64,000 nt of DNA. It comes from Cladosporium halotolerans (taxonomy: Eukaryota). The stretch covers positions 1-64,000 of the forward strand of contig NW_027191459.1 of NCBI RefSeq assembly GCF_011745625.1, given 5' to 3'. Each line of letters starts with the position of its first letter. Position 1 is the first letter of the stretch. Of this stretch, positions 10,216 through 24,137 are shown one piece after another. The translations under genes were made by a program, and so were the position numbers. The notes under the pieces were generated by a model. It did not search any database, was not told the origin of the DNA, and saw only the letters and a program-made list of their open reading frames with translations.

Positions 10216-12004
10216 ATGGAACCTAGCCACAATGTAAGGAACACCGAGGGGAACGAGCGGCAATCGCCGCCAACAGCACCGTCGCAGGATCAAGACTTCT
10301 GGTTGAACCATGAATTCGAGGAGCAGTTCGATTTCGATGCATACTTGCGCAACCAGCAACAGGAAGAAATGAATTTTGATCAGCCCTCCGCTACAAACGC
10401 CGCCTTTGGATCGGATCGTCCTCAAGATTCCTTGTATCGAGACTTCCTGTTCCCAGAATTCGACCAGTCAATGTCAGGGCCATACTTCAATGCTAGTTCA
10501 ACACTTGGACAGAATGCTACGTCGGAGTTGATGGTGAATGGCACGATGCGATACGGAGATCTAAATGCCTTTCAGCATTCTGGAGACCTCGATCTCAGGC
10601 AAACAACTGCCAACGCATCACTCTTTTTGGGCGATCCCAACGCCGCACCTACCCTTCCACATCTCAGATCCCCAGATCCAGTAGATCCTGATCTGACGGC
10701 ATTAACCCATTCTTATAACAACCTCTCTCGTCTTCCGTATCCTGGACCTTCACACGAACATATGAGTGGAGCTTACGGGCACTCAGCCTTTGGCCGTAAC
10801 ATCAACCAGTCTTCTCCTGCTCCGACGCATCTGCCGATTGAAGCAACAAATCGCCCTAGGAGACGGAGACGCACCTCGACAGAATCGATGCAAACACCAG
10901 ATCCAACGCGGCTCAAAAGAGAGTGTGCTGGTTGCGCCAAAGCTTTCAACCAGTCCAAAGATCCCGATCTCCACCGTTGCACCCGCTGCTACGAAAAGCA
11001 CGTGAAGCATACCGCCGGCCCCACCACCTACATTTACCAGCCAGAAATCACGATCAACGAAGCGTGGAAGACATTGTATCCGATCCTGGCTCCCATAGCC
11101 TTAGTGGGCGATGACGTGCACACGGCAAAATCGCTTCAAGGACATTACGTCCGTCGGTTGATCGAGGCTATCTCCGTGCCGTACCTGAGCGATCAGAGTG
11201 GAACGAAAGAAGATCAGCAGCGCGTCGCGCAGCAATCGAAGCTCAACAAGAAACCCTTCGACAGCACGCAGTACCGGGACGACAAGGTGAACGCGCGTGT
11301 TCAGTTTCTCTTCGTAAGCACCTCCTCGCCCTCATCTTGTCCCGCAAAGTATCATCAATAACTGACATCTCCCCAAGCACATCGCCCTCAGCTACCATGA
11401 GGGCGGGCCCTCCTTCTACGACACCGGCGGCGACAACTCCGGCTACGGCGAAGACAAGACCCTCAAGTTCTCCGACCGCCTCGAGCGCATCATCCAGCTG
11501 CTCACCGTAAGCATTCTCCCCTTACACTCCCAATTTCCAACCAAGCCCACTAACCCTCTCCCCTCCGCCAGCTCGACAAAGACATCGCCATGGACGTCAT
11601 CGAAGGCCGCGGCGTCACAGCCCTCGTGCACAACCCCAACAAATACGAGCGCGTACGTTGCCCCCCTGCCCCATCCCACTCTCCCTTTCCTTTTCCCCCA
11701 AACATATTTCGACTAACACGCCCCACTCCCACAGCGCAAACGCGACAACAAGAAATCCAACGACACAAAGCAAGACCTGCAGGAAAAGGGCAAGCAGCTG
11801 CACATGCTCGCCGCCGGCGCCCCGTCGCTCAGCCCCGGTCCCGGAATCGGCACAAGTACGCTTGCGAGCGAGCAGGCGTACATGTCTCTGCCAGCGGGTT
11901 CGGATCAGCCAGTATCTGGGCCGTCGATGTTGGGCGGTGGGAGTGAGGCTGCAGGAGCGGTCGATGAGCTGGAGGGGTACGCGCCTGCTCCAAGGTATTT
12001 CTGA
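10216..12004 (+). CDS. Hypothetical protein with a CxxC..CxxC motif and an uncharacterised fungal C-terminal helical domain
   Basis: The ORF from ATG 10216 carries CAGC...CTRC next to a basic RPRRRRR stretch. Removing introns 11314-11377, 11507-11571 and 11653-11734 (GT..CTRAC..AG) gives a continuous frame to TGA at 12004. Confidence 0.8.
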
Positions 12005-12411
12005 GCGGGCTTGCGCTGGGCGTGTCGCGGTGGAAGGCGATGTGATGATCTGAACTGACATGTAAGGCGTAGCGAGGATTGGGCGTTTGATATTTTGCCA
12101 GCAGTCCCCATTCGACTCTGGAGTCGAAGGGCGGGCGAAGATGTAACATTTAATGTATTCGGGAAATCAAGTTCGGCAGTTTTGAAACATTTTCATCAAT
12201 TGGGCACGTTGAAGTATTCAGTATTTACAGGCATGTCCATTTTTGTAATCCCCAGCACAAGCCGTGGCCCGCGCGCATGAAAGAAACCATGCAAAAAGCC
12301 CAAGATCGCAATAAACGCCATGCAGAATAACAGTACGATGGAATCAACAGTTGATCTTGACCAGTATTCGTTAAATAGCAAAAATGAAGCAAGTCGATCT
12401 ATTCGATCTTC

Positions 12412-15400
12412 TTACTCGTCGTCCTCTTCGAGCTCGGCGGTCTGGAAAAACTAGTCAGTACGATTGCCATGTTTAGAGTGTCATGAGTTTCAAGCATCAC
12501 TTACGTCCTCGTGGAAAGCCTTGCCCTCGAGGGTAGGCTTAATCATACCAATGCGAATAGCAAAGTCACCGAACCTCTCGCCCTCGTTGCGCTCCGCAGC
12601 GTAGCGCTTGATGAGCGGCTTGAGGATGGCGAGGATCTCGTCCTCCTTGATGGAGCTACGGTAGAGCTTGTTGAGGCGCTGGCCGTGGTAGCCACCGCCG
12701 AGGTACATGTTGTACGCGCCGTAGGCCTTGCCGACGAAGGCGACTTCGGCCAGCCAGGGGCGCGCGCAGCCGTTGGGGCAGCCCGTCATGCGCATGACGA
12801 TGCTGTCCTGGCGCAGGCCGTTCTCCTCAATCGCGCCCTCGAGCTTGGTGATCAGCTCCGGCAGGTAGCGCTCGGACTCGGCCATGGCGAGGCCGCAGGT
12901 GGGGAAGGCGACGCAGGCGGAGGAGCTGAGGCGGAGGGCGGAGAAGTTGGTGTTGTCGAGCTTGTACTTGGCCAGCAGGTCCTTCATGGTCTGCAGGTCC
13001 TCCTCGGCGACGCGCGAGAGGATCAGGTGCTGGTTGCCGGTCAGGCGGAACTCGCCCTTGTGCACCTTGGCGATCTCGAGGAGACCGGTTTTCATGGGGA
13101 ACTCGGCGGTGTCCTCGATGCGGCCGTTCTCGATGAACATGGTGAAGTGCCACTTGCCCTCCTCGTCCTTCTGCCAGCCGAAGGTGTCGACGTTGGAGTC
13201 GAAGTGGAAGGGCCTGGGGTCTTCGAACTTCTCGCCCCAGTACTTCTCGACCTCAGCCTTGAAGACGTCGAGACCCATGTTGTCGATGGTGTACTTCAGA
13301 CGGGCGTTCTTGCGGTTCTGGCGGTTACCGTTGTCACGCTGGACGAGCATGACCTTCTCGCAAGCGATGTGGACCTTGTCCTTGCTGACGAAACCGAGGT
13401 TGCTGCCAGTACGGGGGTAGGTCTTCTTCATGTTGTGAGTCACACCCATACCACCACCGGCGAGCAAGTTGAAACCAACGAGGTGGCCATCATCGCCCTT
13501 GATGGCGATGAGACCAATGTCGTGGGCGTAGACGTCGGTGTCGTTGTGAGGAGGGATGGCGATGGTGATCTTGAACTTTCTGGGCAGGTAGGTCGGGCCG
13601 TACAGAGGCTCGAAGTCCTGGACAGCGTCACCGGCAATTTGCTCCTTCTTGCCGTCATCATCCTGCAGCCAGATCTCGTGGTACGCAGTGGTAGACGGGA
13701 GAAGGTGGTCGGAGATCTTCTTAGCGCAAGCGTTGGTCTCCTTGTGAAGCTCATTCAGCTCAGGCAGAGAAGAGCACATGACGTTACGGTTGACATCACC
13801 GCAGGCGGCGATGGTGGTCATGAGGGCCTGGTTGATGGCCTGCATAGCAGGCTTCAGCTTGCCCTTGACGATACCGTGGAACTGGAAGGTCTGGCGGGTT
13901 GTGAGCTTCATGGTCTCGTTGCCAAGGTTGTCAGAGATGGCGTCCATCTGCTGCCACTGGAGAGGGGTGGCGACACCACCAGGCAGACGGCAACGGATCA
14001 TGAAGGAGTAGGCCGGCTCAAGACCCTGGGCCTTGCGCTCGTCACGCAAGTCACGGTCATCCTGCATGTAGGTACCGTGGAACTTGGTGAGCTGCTGGTC
14101 GGAAGCACTAATGGCGCCAGTGGACGGGTCGTTCAGGCCCTCCACGATGGTGCCACGCAGGAAGTTGGAGTTGATCTTGATGTCCTCGTTGGTGATAGGC
14201 GGGGGCTCATCGGGAAGACCCTCGACGTTGCCCACGCCAAGCGCGTCCCAGAGCTTGGGCTCCCACTCGTTGTAGCCAGTCTGGTAGCCATCAGGGTCCT
14301 GGTCATCGCCGAGACCGATGTCCACCAGCTGCTGAGCACCAAGTGTCACAGCGCGAGCGAAAAGGTCCTTACCGGGCTTGTTGTAGTAGTGCTTGTCCTC
14401 CTTGCGGGGCCAGTAGTGGGAGTCACCAAGAGCGAAGACGGAGAACTTGACGTTGGCCAGATCCAGGTCGGTGGAGTCCTTGACGGCGGCCCAGAAGTTC
14501 AGGCCGTTCTGAGGGAACTCACCCTGACCGGCAGTGGAGGTGATGAAAACGATGTTCTCCTCGTTTGCCAAATCCTCGACAGGGTAGTCGTCCATGGACA
14601 TGAACATGCTCTTGAGGCCTCTAGCCTTGGCGCGGGATGCCAGACGCTTAGCAAGCGACTCGGCGTTGCCGTTGTCAGAAGCAAACAGAACAGTGACGGG
14701 AGCACCCTGGAGGCCCTCAAGAAGGGTCTCGTAGGCGTCCTTCGCCTTGCGCTTCTGCACCTTGCGAACCTCGCTGCCGTAGCTCTCGGAAAGGCTTGCG
14801 TGGAACTCAGGGTGGCGCTGCATCAGCTGGGTGAGCTTGTTGTCGCGACGGAGGAAGTCTTGAAGCTCTTGCTTGATGCGCTCGGAGTCGAGCTGGAAGG
14901 ACTCCTCGCCCTTCTCCTCGGCCTTGGGGTTCCAGCGGTAGAGAGGCCAGTAGCCGACGTCAACGGCCTTCTTGGTCTCCTGCAGAGCGGTGAGAGGGCT
15001 GTCATCCTCGCGGTTGTAAGGAAGGTAAGCAAGGACGATCGAAGGGCCGTCGAAAGCCTGAGCCTCCATGAAAGCCTGGAGAACCTGGGTGTAGCTGCTG
15101 TAGACAGCGACGGAAGCAACGTATGTGTTGCCGTAGTTCATGGCGTAGAGACCAATGTCCTTCTTTCTGCGGGCAGCATCCTGCGCGGCGCGCTCGCTGT
15201 AAGGAGTGGAGTCAACGACAAGCATGTTGACATTCTCGCCGGAAGCGATCACGTGGTGAACACCAGAGTTGCCGAGATCGTAGCTCCAGGCATCACTGCC
15301 GATGAGCCACTGGGACTCGTTGTAGAACAGACCCTTGTGGGAAAGCAGCTCCTTCGACTTAGGCGAGCCATCGGTGCCCAGGCGGGAGATGACCTCAGGA

Positions 15401-17125
15401 GCCAGGGTGTTGGCCTCGTCAGCCTTGTCGGCAGCCAAAGCCCACTGGCTGAGGTATTTGAGGACAGCATCGGTGGTGAAGGATTTCTCCTTGGCGGCCT
15501 GCTGCACCTCAGCAACGAAGCGCTTCCTGTGCTCCTTGCGTGCGAGCAGAGCGCCGAAGCCATACTCAGGGTTGGCCTTCAGCGAGCTGCTCACGCCGGC
15601 GTCCTTCTGCGACAGAGAGTTGGCAATGTGCAGTCTCTGACCGAAGAGCTGGTCAAGAACCTTCATGTAAGCGTTCTCGAGCTCAGGCTGCTTGGGCTCG
15701 AAGTCTTTCTGCACACCGGCGAGGCCAGAGTTGGGACCCTCGTGCAAGCCAATCTCCAGGTTTTGGATGGGAGTCTGAGACTTCAGGTTCTGGAAGATGC
15801 CAGACAGGGCCTGAGTAACAGTCGACTCCTCGACGTATCCAAGCTGGTATCCAACGATGAGCGGGCCCTGGCCGTTGCCAGCGCCACGGAGAGCCATCAA
15901 CATATCCAACAGGAGCGGGCCCCACTTGGTGGTCTTCCTCTTAATCTGCTCCAGAACTGCGATCTTCTTGAGAGTGGCCGGGAGAACTTCGACCAGACGC
16001 TCAGTGAGCCAAGGCCTGTACAGCACGGGGGTAATGAAACCAGCGCCGTTGAAAAAATCGTGTTGTGAAGCCTGGTCGAGCTCGTTGCTGAAAAGGCCAG
16101 GGTCGGAGCCGAAGAGGAACATGGCGGATTCTGCGTTCGGGGGCCCAGTGTACTGGAAGGGGCTGTACGAACGGCCGGTCGAGGCCTTGATCTGCGACCA
16201 AATGGAGGAGCAAATCACCTCGACATCGTCGGAGCTCACGGGCTTCGGCTGCGACTCAATGGTGGTCGCAGACTCGGCCTCGGAGGCGGCCGAGCTGGAT
16301 GCCTTGTTGTCGGTAGACGAAGAGGCAGTGGAGGGATCGCGGGTGCTAGCAGCAGCGGGCGAGAGCGTACCGCCAGCGATGGCGCGGGCTCTCTCCTCGC
16401 TTGGAACGGCGGAGGGCTTCGTCGCGCGCCTGCCCTCGCTGGCGTAGATTGTGCTCTCCTCGCATTTTGTACCCTGGTATGCCCTAGCCAAATCCACGTT
16501 CAAGACCTCAGAGCACAATTGCCTGCTCTCGTGCTGGATGGGCTGGTCCGCCTTGCTGTTCGCCGCATCGAAGAAGTGGATGACACCACGGCCACTCTGG
16601 ATGGCCAGAGAGTGTGCGGTAAGTGACAGATCCTGCGCCTCTTGCAACGAGTTGCTCTGGATGAAGGTGAAACCGGTGTTCCTGATGCTCGTGATGTCGC
16701 CGTAGTCGGGGTAGCCGCTAGGGTGAAGGGCAACGTGGATGACGACTGGGTACTGTGCGAGCTTGTAGAGGTGGGGTATGCTCTTCACGAGGATGTCGCT
16801 CGAGGTTGTGACTGTCGTGAGCTTGCCATTGCGCAGAGGCTGGAAAGCTGAGAGAAGGGGGTCGGCATTGTGGCGGATGGGGAGGATCTCGGGGAGGGTC
16901 TCGCAAACGATCGAGTTGGCCTTGTTGGTGGCGTACTGAGCCAGGAACTTGGAGAACTCGGAGTCGGTGGCGAGGGAGGGCTGAACGGAGATGATCACGT
17001 CGGAGGACAGGTAGGCGACGCGGGCGACTGGTGGAAAGAGTCAGCACACAAATACAGTCTTGCATGATCTAGGGAGGGGCAAGTCGGCGCATACCTGCCT
17101 CGCCTGCGCTCAAGATGGAAGCCAT
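12412..17125 (-). CDS. MET5: Assimilatory sulfite reductase (NADPH) beta/hemoprotein subunit
   Basis: PFOR-like N-terminal region, flavodoxin domain (ASDNGNAE, TSTAGQGEFP), TKFHGTYMQDDRD, and siroheme/4Fe-4S ligands SACVAFPTCGLA and MTGCPNGCARP. Introns at 17028-17094 and 12442-12504. Start MASILSAGEAVARVAY at 17125, stop TAA at 12412. Confidence 0.95.
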
Positions 17126-19551
17126 GCTCGCGAAAAAGAAGCCAATCTATCCGCGACGCTGGCCGTGAGGTTGTAAGGTGAATGAGAGATCCCGCCTCCT
17201 TGAGATCTAGGCAGTAGGAGGGAGAGGTGCAGAGGGGCGGATGTGAGTGGTAATCATCTGCAGACGGATGGCAAAAGTGTCGTCCCACAGGTAACTTCTC
17301 CCGCCCGCCAGACACCAGACGCCGATTGCGGGCGGTGGAAATGTAACGTACGGCGCGTGATTGGCCGGTCCCCACAAAGTCGATGGCGTGATCGATGGAA
17401 GACTGCGCTGTGCGTCTGAAGCGCGGCCGAGGCGTGCAAAAATTTACCCTGGCCAAAACATCGAGACATCATGCATTTGTTCGACTAGCATTGCACATTG
17501 GCTTTGCCATGTCTGTTGATGCTGCTGGCCGGCTTGTCAGATTCTCGCTGCGTGCTACACAACCGGGCTTTGTCATCCAAAATGCATGTCGGCTTTACCA
17601 ATCGGTACGTGTAATCTTGGCTGGGGAGCTATCGCGGCCCCGCTCAGTCCCCTACCTTAGCCTCCGCATACTTGACAGCACGCTTGGCCATGCGGAAACT
17701 CTGTACACTATTAGGAGGAGTACCTTGAGGGAGGCACGGGCGCTCTGATTCTGATGATGATGCGTGGCTTCGTCCCCTTCGAGTCGAAGGTGTCGCAAGT
17801 AGTCGAATGCTGCATGTCGAATTACAGACCGGACGACCTACAAAACATCCTGTTGGCCATTTATGGTCTGTGATTATTTCTGCTTTCTTCATATGGACTG
17901 CCCGTGAAAAAATGGGTATCACAACCGACTCTGAGATGTCTTCATAAGACGTGCGATAATTTTGCTTTCCTTATGACACGAGACGACGTTCAATATGAGT
18001 TTTCGCATGGCAACTCACTGCAGGTTGAGGAAGGAGCCACCGAGATGTCCCTCAAGGAAATCCGTTGCCGGCTTGCGCAGCACCGTATCAACGATCGGTT
18101 GTACGCTTCATCAAACGATTGATATGGGGGTTTTCACGCATTTAGTCAGGACGATTATTTCAATGTCCACGCACGATATTTCTGTCCAGAGAATGTGAGA
18201 TAGCGGCTGGCTTTTGTGTGCATTTCACAGACAAGTTGCTGGAACGGGAAATTCATTGGTCCTAGGGCTTGAAAAAGTGAGGTGTCATCAACCCTGCCAC
18301 CGCACTATACGTAAAGCGACGACTCGTTCGACGCTCGCTTATCTGCTGTGTTGTGCAGAATGATCACGGACCAAGTTACCTGTTGGTAATCTTTGCAAAG
18401 GAGTCACGGCATGTCTGAGCCGTGTTGCTGCACAGGCGACGTGATACGGATGATACTCTGAGCACCCAGCTGCCGGTGAGACCGCAACTGCAGTCGCAGT
18501 TGCTTGCGCTTATTCTGCAGACATGTGCTCGCTCTCCAGACGGTTGACCGATCTGACGTGCGCTTCATGTGAATGCCAAATGCCTAAGCGCCGAATGTGG
18601 TACTGTAGCCTTATGCGTTTACCTTGGTCGTTACCATCGTCGGTCAAGAAATGCCTCTACTTGGACCTCGGGGCCCATTCAGCGTGCATCAACTCTGCGA
18701 CGATGTAGTGGAAGAACGTTTTGTGGCCTGTTGAGCGCGTGTCCCGCGGCATTCGGGTCAGCAGCACAAAGCCAAGTGTGCAAGCTTCCCACGTGCATGT
18801 GAGGCATCACCGACGGATGGCTGCATCGAACGTCCAGACGCCCGGTCGGAGCTCATCGTCCTGCCGATCATGGGTCCGGAAAGGGGTGCATCCAGCTATC
18901 CAGAGCCTTGCTGCATGGATTGTGAGTAAGTCGAGCCGTCGTCCTAGCCTACCGGGATCGGCCTGGATTGCTGCGGTGGTTTCTCCCAAGGATCCCAAGG
19001 AAGAAGTACATAATGGAAGGCGATGTGTGGCGGTCGAGGCCCCCAGGTGTCGAGAGCGGCATCGAGCTAGCCCTGGCTCGCCTGGCACCGGTGGCTCGCC
19101 GTGGCTCCTGCCGGCAACGCCCACGCCATCAAAGTGGGGAAAATCCGGCTTGAGCGGGCAGCGCTGAGGCAAGCGAGGGCGCTCATGCTCTATTACCAAC
19201 CACCACCGCCGCGACTTCACCCGCACGCAGAACGCGGCCGGCAGAGCTCCTCGACCTCCGACCGCCAACCTCATCTCCTCCCCTGCGCCCAGCACGCCGC
19301 AAGTCCTTGCCCGTCCCACCTCTCCCCGGGCGCCGCACTTGTGTAGTCGTCGCCGTCGTGTCCGCGGAACGTGTCTCGGATGCTATGACATCGCTGCTCT
19401 AAGCCGCCAGGCCGCCGAACTCAGCCTCGACCCGCGACCTGCCCTGATCACCGCGCACCTCGTCCTCCGCCAGGGAGATCGCCCTTGATCGTCTCACGTC
19501 TGCCAAACATTCAGCCATATCGCACCCGCCAGTGAACGCCGAGCACCACAC

Positions 19552-21755
19552 ATGACTGGCCTCACGGCCAAGCGCGACGACGCCAACATGCCGCACTCGA
19601 GCGAGAAGCGCAGCTTCTCTGGCCAGAACCTCAGCACCAATGCCAAGGTCAACAACACCGCGGGGCAGAAGATCAAGAACTTCTTCCGCATCAACAGTCA
19701 CTCGAAGGACAATTCCGCCATCAATTCCGAGACAGCTAGTATTGAAAAGGGCCAAGAAGGCGCCTCCACTCCGCAATCGCAGCACAACAAAAGCAGCTTG
19801 CGGCACAGTAGGTTCATACCACACCTCACTCGCGGGAGAAGCACAACTGTCGCTTCCGAGGGCAACACGCTGGACGATGGCATGAGTCCCACTGCCCACG
19901 CGAATCCTTATTTCCAGCACCAAGGGCCTCCCGCTCTGCGACATCACAATGATAGCAGTGTCCCGCCCTCACCACCCGATACGCCTAGCAACCCAAATAA
20001 AGGAGCTGAGCAGCTGGGCAGCCAAGCGGCGGCGGTGACTGGAAAAGAAGAGCTTGCAAGGAAACTCAGGAGAGTAGCCAGCGCACCCAATGCACAGGGT
20101 CTCTTCAGCAAGAACAAGAAAAAGAGCGACGGCAGCGAGGATAGCAGACCACCCACCGCGGATTTCGAGAAGCCGAAGATGAACGGCTTGGGTGTGCATG
20201 GCAATGGCAGTGCGCTTTCTATGGTGGAAACCATGCCTGGCGATCTGGCTCCTATCGTTGGCCCGAACGGTATCCCCAGCCCTGGCAAAATTCGCGAAAG
20301 CGTCGCTTTCCGCCGAACATACAGCAGCAATAGCATCAAGGTGCGAACCGTAGAAGTCGGACCATCAAGCTTCGATAAGATCAAGCTTATTGGAAAGGGC
20401 GATGTCGGTAAAGTGTACTTGGTGCGGGAGAAGAAGAGCAGCAGATTATACGCCATGAAGGGTGAGTTTTGGCTTCAGTGGTTTTGACAACCATTGCTGA
20501 CATATTATAGTGCTCTCGAAGAAGGAAATGATCAAGCGCAATAAGATCAAGCGAGCGCTTGCGGAGCAAGAAATTCTGGCTACCAGCAACCACCCATTCA
20601 TTGTTACTCTCTACCACTCCTTCCAGTCGGACGAGTCCTTGTATCTCTGCATGGAATACTGCAGCGGTGGCGAGTTCTTCCGTGCTCTGCAGACGAGACC
20701 GAACAAGTGCGTCGATGAGGATGCCGCGCGGTTTTACGCCGCAGAAGTCACTGCTGCTCTGGAGTATTTGCATTTGATGGGGTTCATCTACCGCGATCTT
20801 AAGCCTGAGAGTTAGTGCTTCACCCAGACCATTTGGCGGAGGACTCTGCTAACAGTTCCAGACATCCTTCTTCATCAATCCGGCCACATCATGCTTTCGG
20901 ACTTCGACTTGTCGAAGCAGTCCGATCCCGGCGGAGCACCCACGATGATGTACGCATCCTCCCGATCGTCTGGTGGCATTACGTCGAATCCGAACAACAA
21001 CAACTTGCCCACAATCGACACTAAGTCGTGTATCGCCAACTTCCGCACGAACTCTTTCGTAGGAACAGAAGAGTACATCGCGCCGGAAGTGATTAAGGGT
21101 TGCGGTCACACGAGTGCGGTCGATTGGTGGACGTTGGGGATTCTGATCTACGAGATGCTTTTCGGCACGACGCCTTTCAAGGGCAAGAACAGGAACGCCA
21201 CCTTCTCCAACATCCTCAGGGACGAGGTGCCCTTCCCCGAAGGAAACGGGTCCCCAAGCATCTCCAAGTAAGCCCCCACCCTGCAACATCATTTCTTGCG
21301 CTCCCGCTAACACCCCGCTCCCCAGCCTTTGCAAATCCCTCATCCGCAAACTCCTCATCAAAGACGAGCTCCGCCGCCTCGGCTCGCGCGCCGGCGCCTC
21401 GGACGTCAAATCCCACCCCTTCTTCCGCACCACCTCCTGGGCCCTGCTGCGCCACTCCAAACCCCCAATCATCCCCAACCAGGGCCGCGGCATCGACACC
21501 CTCAACTTCCGCAACGTCAAGGAGTCCCAGAGCGTCGACCTCGGCTCCGGCGGCGGCACCAACAAGGGCTTCGGCATGAGCGCCAGCAAGATGAAGGGCG
21601 TCCCGCTCGACTCCGGGCTCGCGACGCCCGGCGGCGAAATCGCGGATCCGTTCGAGGAGTTCAACAGCGTCACGCTGCATCATGACGGCGACGATGCGCC
21701 GCACCACCACCATCCGCCTGATGCGCACGGGGGCCACGTCGGCGAGGCGAGATGA
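19552..21755 (+). CDS. nrc-2: AGC Ser/Thr protein kinase of the Nrc-2/Fpk1/Kin82 (flippase kinase) type
   Basis: Motifs [20 protein letters not shown], the subfamily-typical [19 protein letters not shown], an upstream LRRVASAPN and a C-terminal [11 protein letters not shown]. Introns at 20462-20510, 20811-20861 and 21268-21325. Confidence 0.92.
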
Positions 21756-22307
21756 TCTGAGTCGGGGTGATTCGAAGGGCGCCGGAGTCCTTGTTCTTTT
21801 TTTCGGACGGGGGAGTTGCGAACTTGCATTACGGCGCCGAATTCTTAGAGTCGGGAGGCTATATGATTGAACGACACAATCCTTTTATTTTAAGTTTCTT
21901 ACGCAGCAGCGGACTGTAAGCGAGCGGAACGTTGGACGGGATGGAGATGCCGTGTGCGATTCCCCGTGTGGGAGTGATGCGTGGGCCACTCCGGGGGAAA
22001 AGTTGTACATACGATGTCTTAACTACGCTGTCTTGGTCGGTTACATTCTCTTGTAATATGTTGCTTGTAAGATCCTCTGACATCGGTCGAAAGGTCGCAG
22101 TGTTCTTACGCCACCGGCAAGAAAAAGGGCACGCACTTTGCACCCAATCGCGATATCTCATTTCTGCTAAAATAGTGGATGCCACATCTTGGGGTACGGT
22201 AGCAAATGTCAAAAGGAGAGTTCAGCAATCTGGTCATGTACTCATTGATACGGTGTAGACGTCTATATTTTGACCATCCCCGTCTGGCCAGCAGGTCAAA
22301 GACACAC

Positions 22308-23419
22308 TTAGTCAATCTTGATGCAAAGCTTGCCAAAGTGCTTCTGGTCCCACATGTACTGGTAAGCCTCCTTGGTCTGGTCCAGCGAAAACACCTTCTC
22401 GTCCACCACGGGCTTGATGTCGTTCGCCTCGACCGCGCGGTTCATCTCCTCGAACTGCATCCTGTTGCCGACCAGCACGCCGCGCACCGTGCAGATGTTG
22501 TTCAGGCACTCCAGGAACGTCGGCTGCTCCTCGCCCTTGGCGCCACCGAGGAAGCCAATAATGCTAATCACGCCGTCGATGCTGATGGCCTTCAAGCTCT
22601 GCGCCATCGTGTTCGGCCCGCCGACCTCGAGGATGTGCTGCACGCCGCGCCCGCCGGGCGTCAGCTTCTTCGCGGCCTCGCCCCAGTTCGGCTCGGTCTT
22701 GTAGTTAATCACGTGGTCCGCGCCGAGCGCCTTGAGCTTCTCGCCCTTCTCGCTGCTCGACGTGGTGGCGATGACTTTCGCGCCGGCGGCTTTGGCAAAC
22801 TGCACGGCGAACATGCTGACGCCGCCCGTGCCCTGCGTCAGCACCCAGTCGCCGGGCTTGAGCGCGCGGCTCTCGAGCCCGTACAGCCCGTTCCACGCCG
22901 TCAGGCCGGCGCAGGTGAGCGTGCTGCCCTGCAGGAAGTCGAGGTTGGCCGGCATGCGCACGAGGCCTTGCTCGTCGTACGCGCCGTACTGGCGCAGGGC
23001 GCCGTCGATCGTGCCGCCCACGCCGGTCGTGACGCTGTACCCGTCCAGGGAGCCGGCGAGGTGCGCTTGGTTGAAGAGGGTCAGGACTTTGTCGCCTTTG
23101 GCGAAGCGGGTTACGCCGGACCCGACGGCTTCGACGGTGCCGGCGCCGTCGGAGGCGGGCACTACGTTGGGGGATTGCGCGAAGGGGTAGAAGCCTTTGA
23201 CGATGGCCAGGTCGCGGTAGTTGAGGGAGGCGCCGTGGACTGGGTGTTGTTAGCGTCTGATTTTGGCTCTTGTGTATTTTGCGTAATCATATAGTAGGAC
23301 TTACACTTGACCAGGACGTCCTTCTCGCCGATCTGAGGAATGGGGGCGTCGGTGGCGAGCTTGAGGCCGTCAAAGCCGTTGGTGTCGGCGACGGTCCATT
23401 GCTTCATGGTGGAAGGCAT
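22308..23419 (-). CDS. Medium-chain dehydrogenase/reductase (zinc-type alcohol dehydrogenase-like, NAD(P)-dependent)
   Basis: Motifs SLNYRD, PASDGAG, TCAGLTAWNGL, QGTGGVSMFAVQFAK and HFGKLCI. ATG at 23419 and one intron at 23240-23304. Confidence 0.9.
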
Positions 23420-24137
23420 GCTTGTAAGTATGATATGGTAGGTCAATCAATGACGAATGATGCAATTCTGCTATGCGATGATATGGAATTGTATGGATGA
23501 GAAATGGTAAATATGTTGTAGGAGCAAATGCACGCTGTAAACAATATAGTATTTCACTCACCAAGGTCAAGCGAAGCTCGACGCTGTGACGTTTAAAATC
23601 CGGGCCTTGCCTTGAGCATTTCTAATCCAATGGCAGCGACCTCGGGCTTCCCTGGGCATTTGTCTAAGGGACCCGCAGGCCGGCGGTGGGTGGAGATGAC
23701 GTTAATTCGGTACTTGGAGCAGCAGGGGAGATGGACATCCAGCCAGCCTGAAAACTGCCGAAGTCCCAGATGTGCGACGCTGGCGGCGGAAACTCGGACT
23801 TGTGTGCTGTGCTTATTTGCTGCGAAGATGCCCTTGCATGAAGGATCGCAGCTTACATGTCGGGTCTGAGCTCAGCAGTGATGTGAAATGATAAGCAAAT
23901 GAGAAGTGAATGCGCAATTCATCGATCAATTGAAGAGCTAAAAATTTGGAGTCCTGAGACCCCCATTTTATCCTTTTCTGTTTCCCATTTCCGAGACGTT
24001 CAATCATAACCATGTCAATCACACAAAATCAAAGCAATCAAAAAAGTCGGTGCAAGCACCAACACCATGGCCACCGGGGCCAGGTAAGAAGGGAAGAGAG
24101 CCGAGCATAAAACTCAATGTACACCCAAAAGAGGTTT

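Noticed and set aside
12511..16068. 1185-aa + strand ORF antisense to sulfite reductase
   Set aside because: It is codon-aligned with MET5. Strong C/G third-position bias removes antisense stops, and the V/L/G/D-rich product has no motifs, so it is a shadow ORF.
22206..23294. 362-aa antisense ORF over the MDR gene, and similar ones at 30412-31404, 34925-35953 and 37057-38190
   Set aside because: All lie opposite well-supported, GC3-biased genes and show the same shadow-ORF composition.
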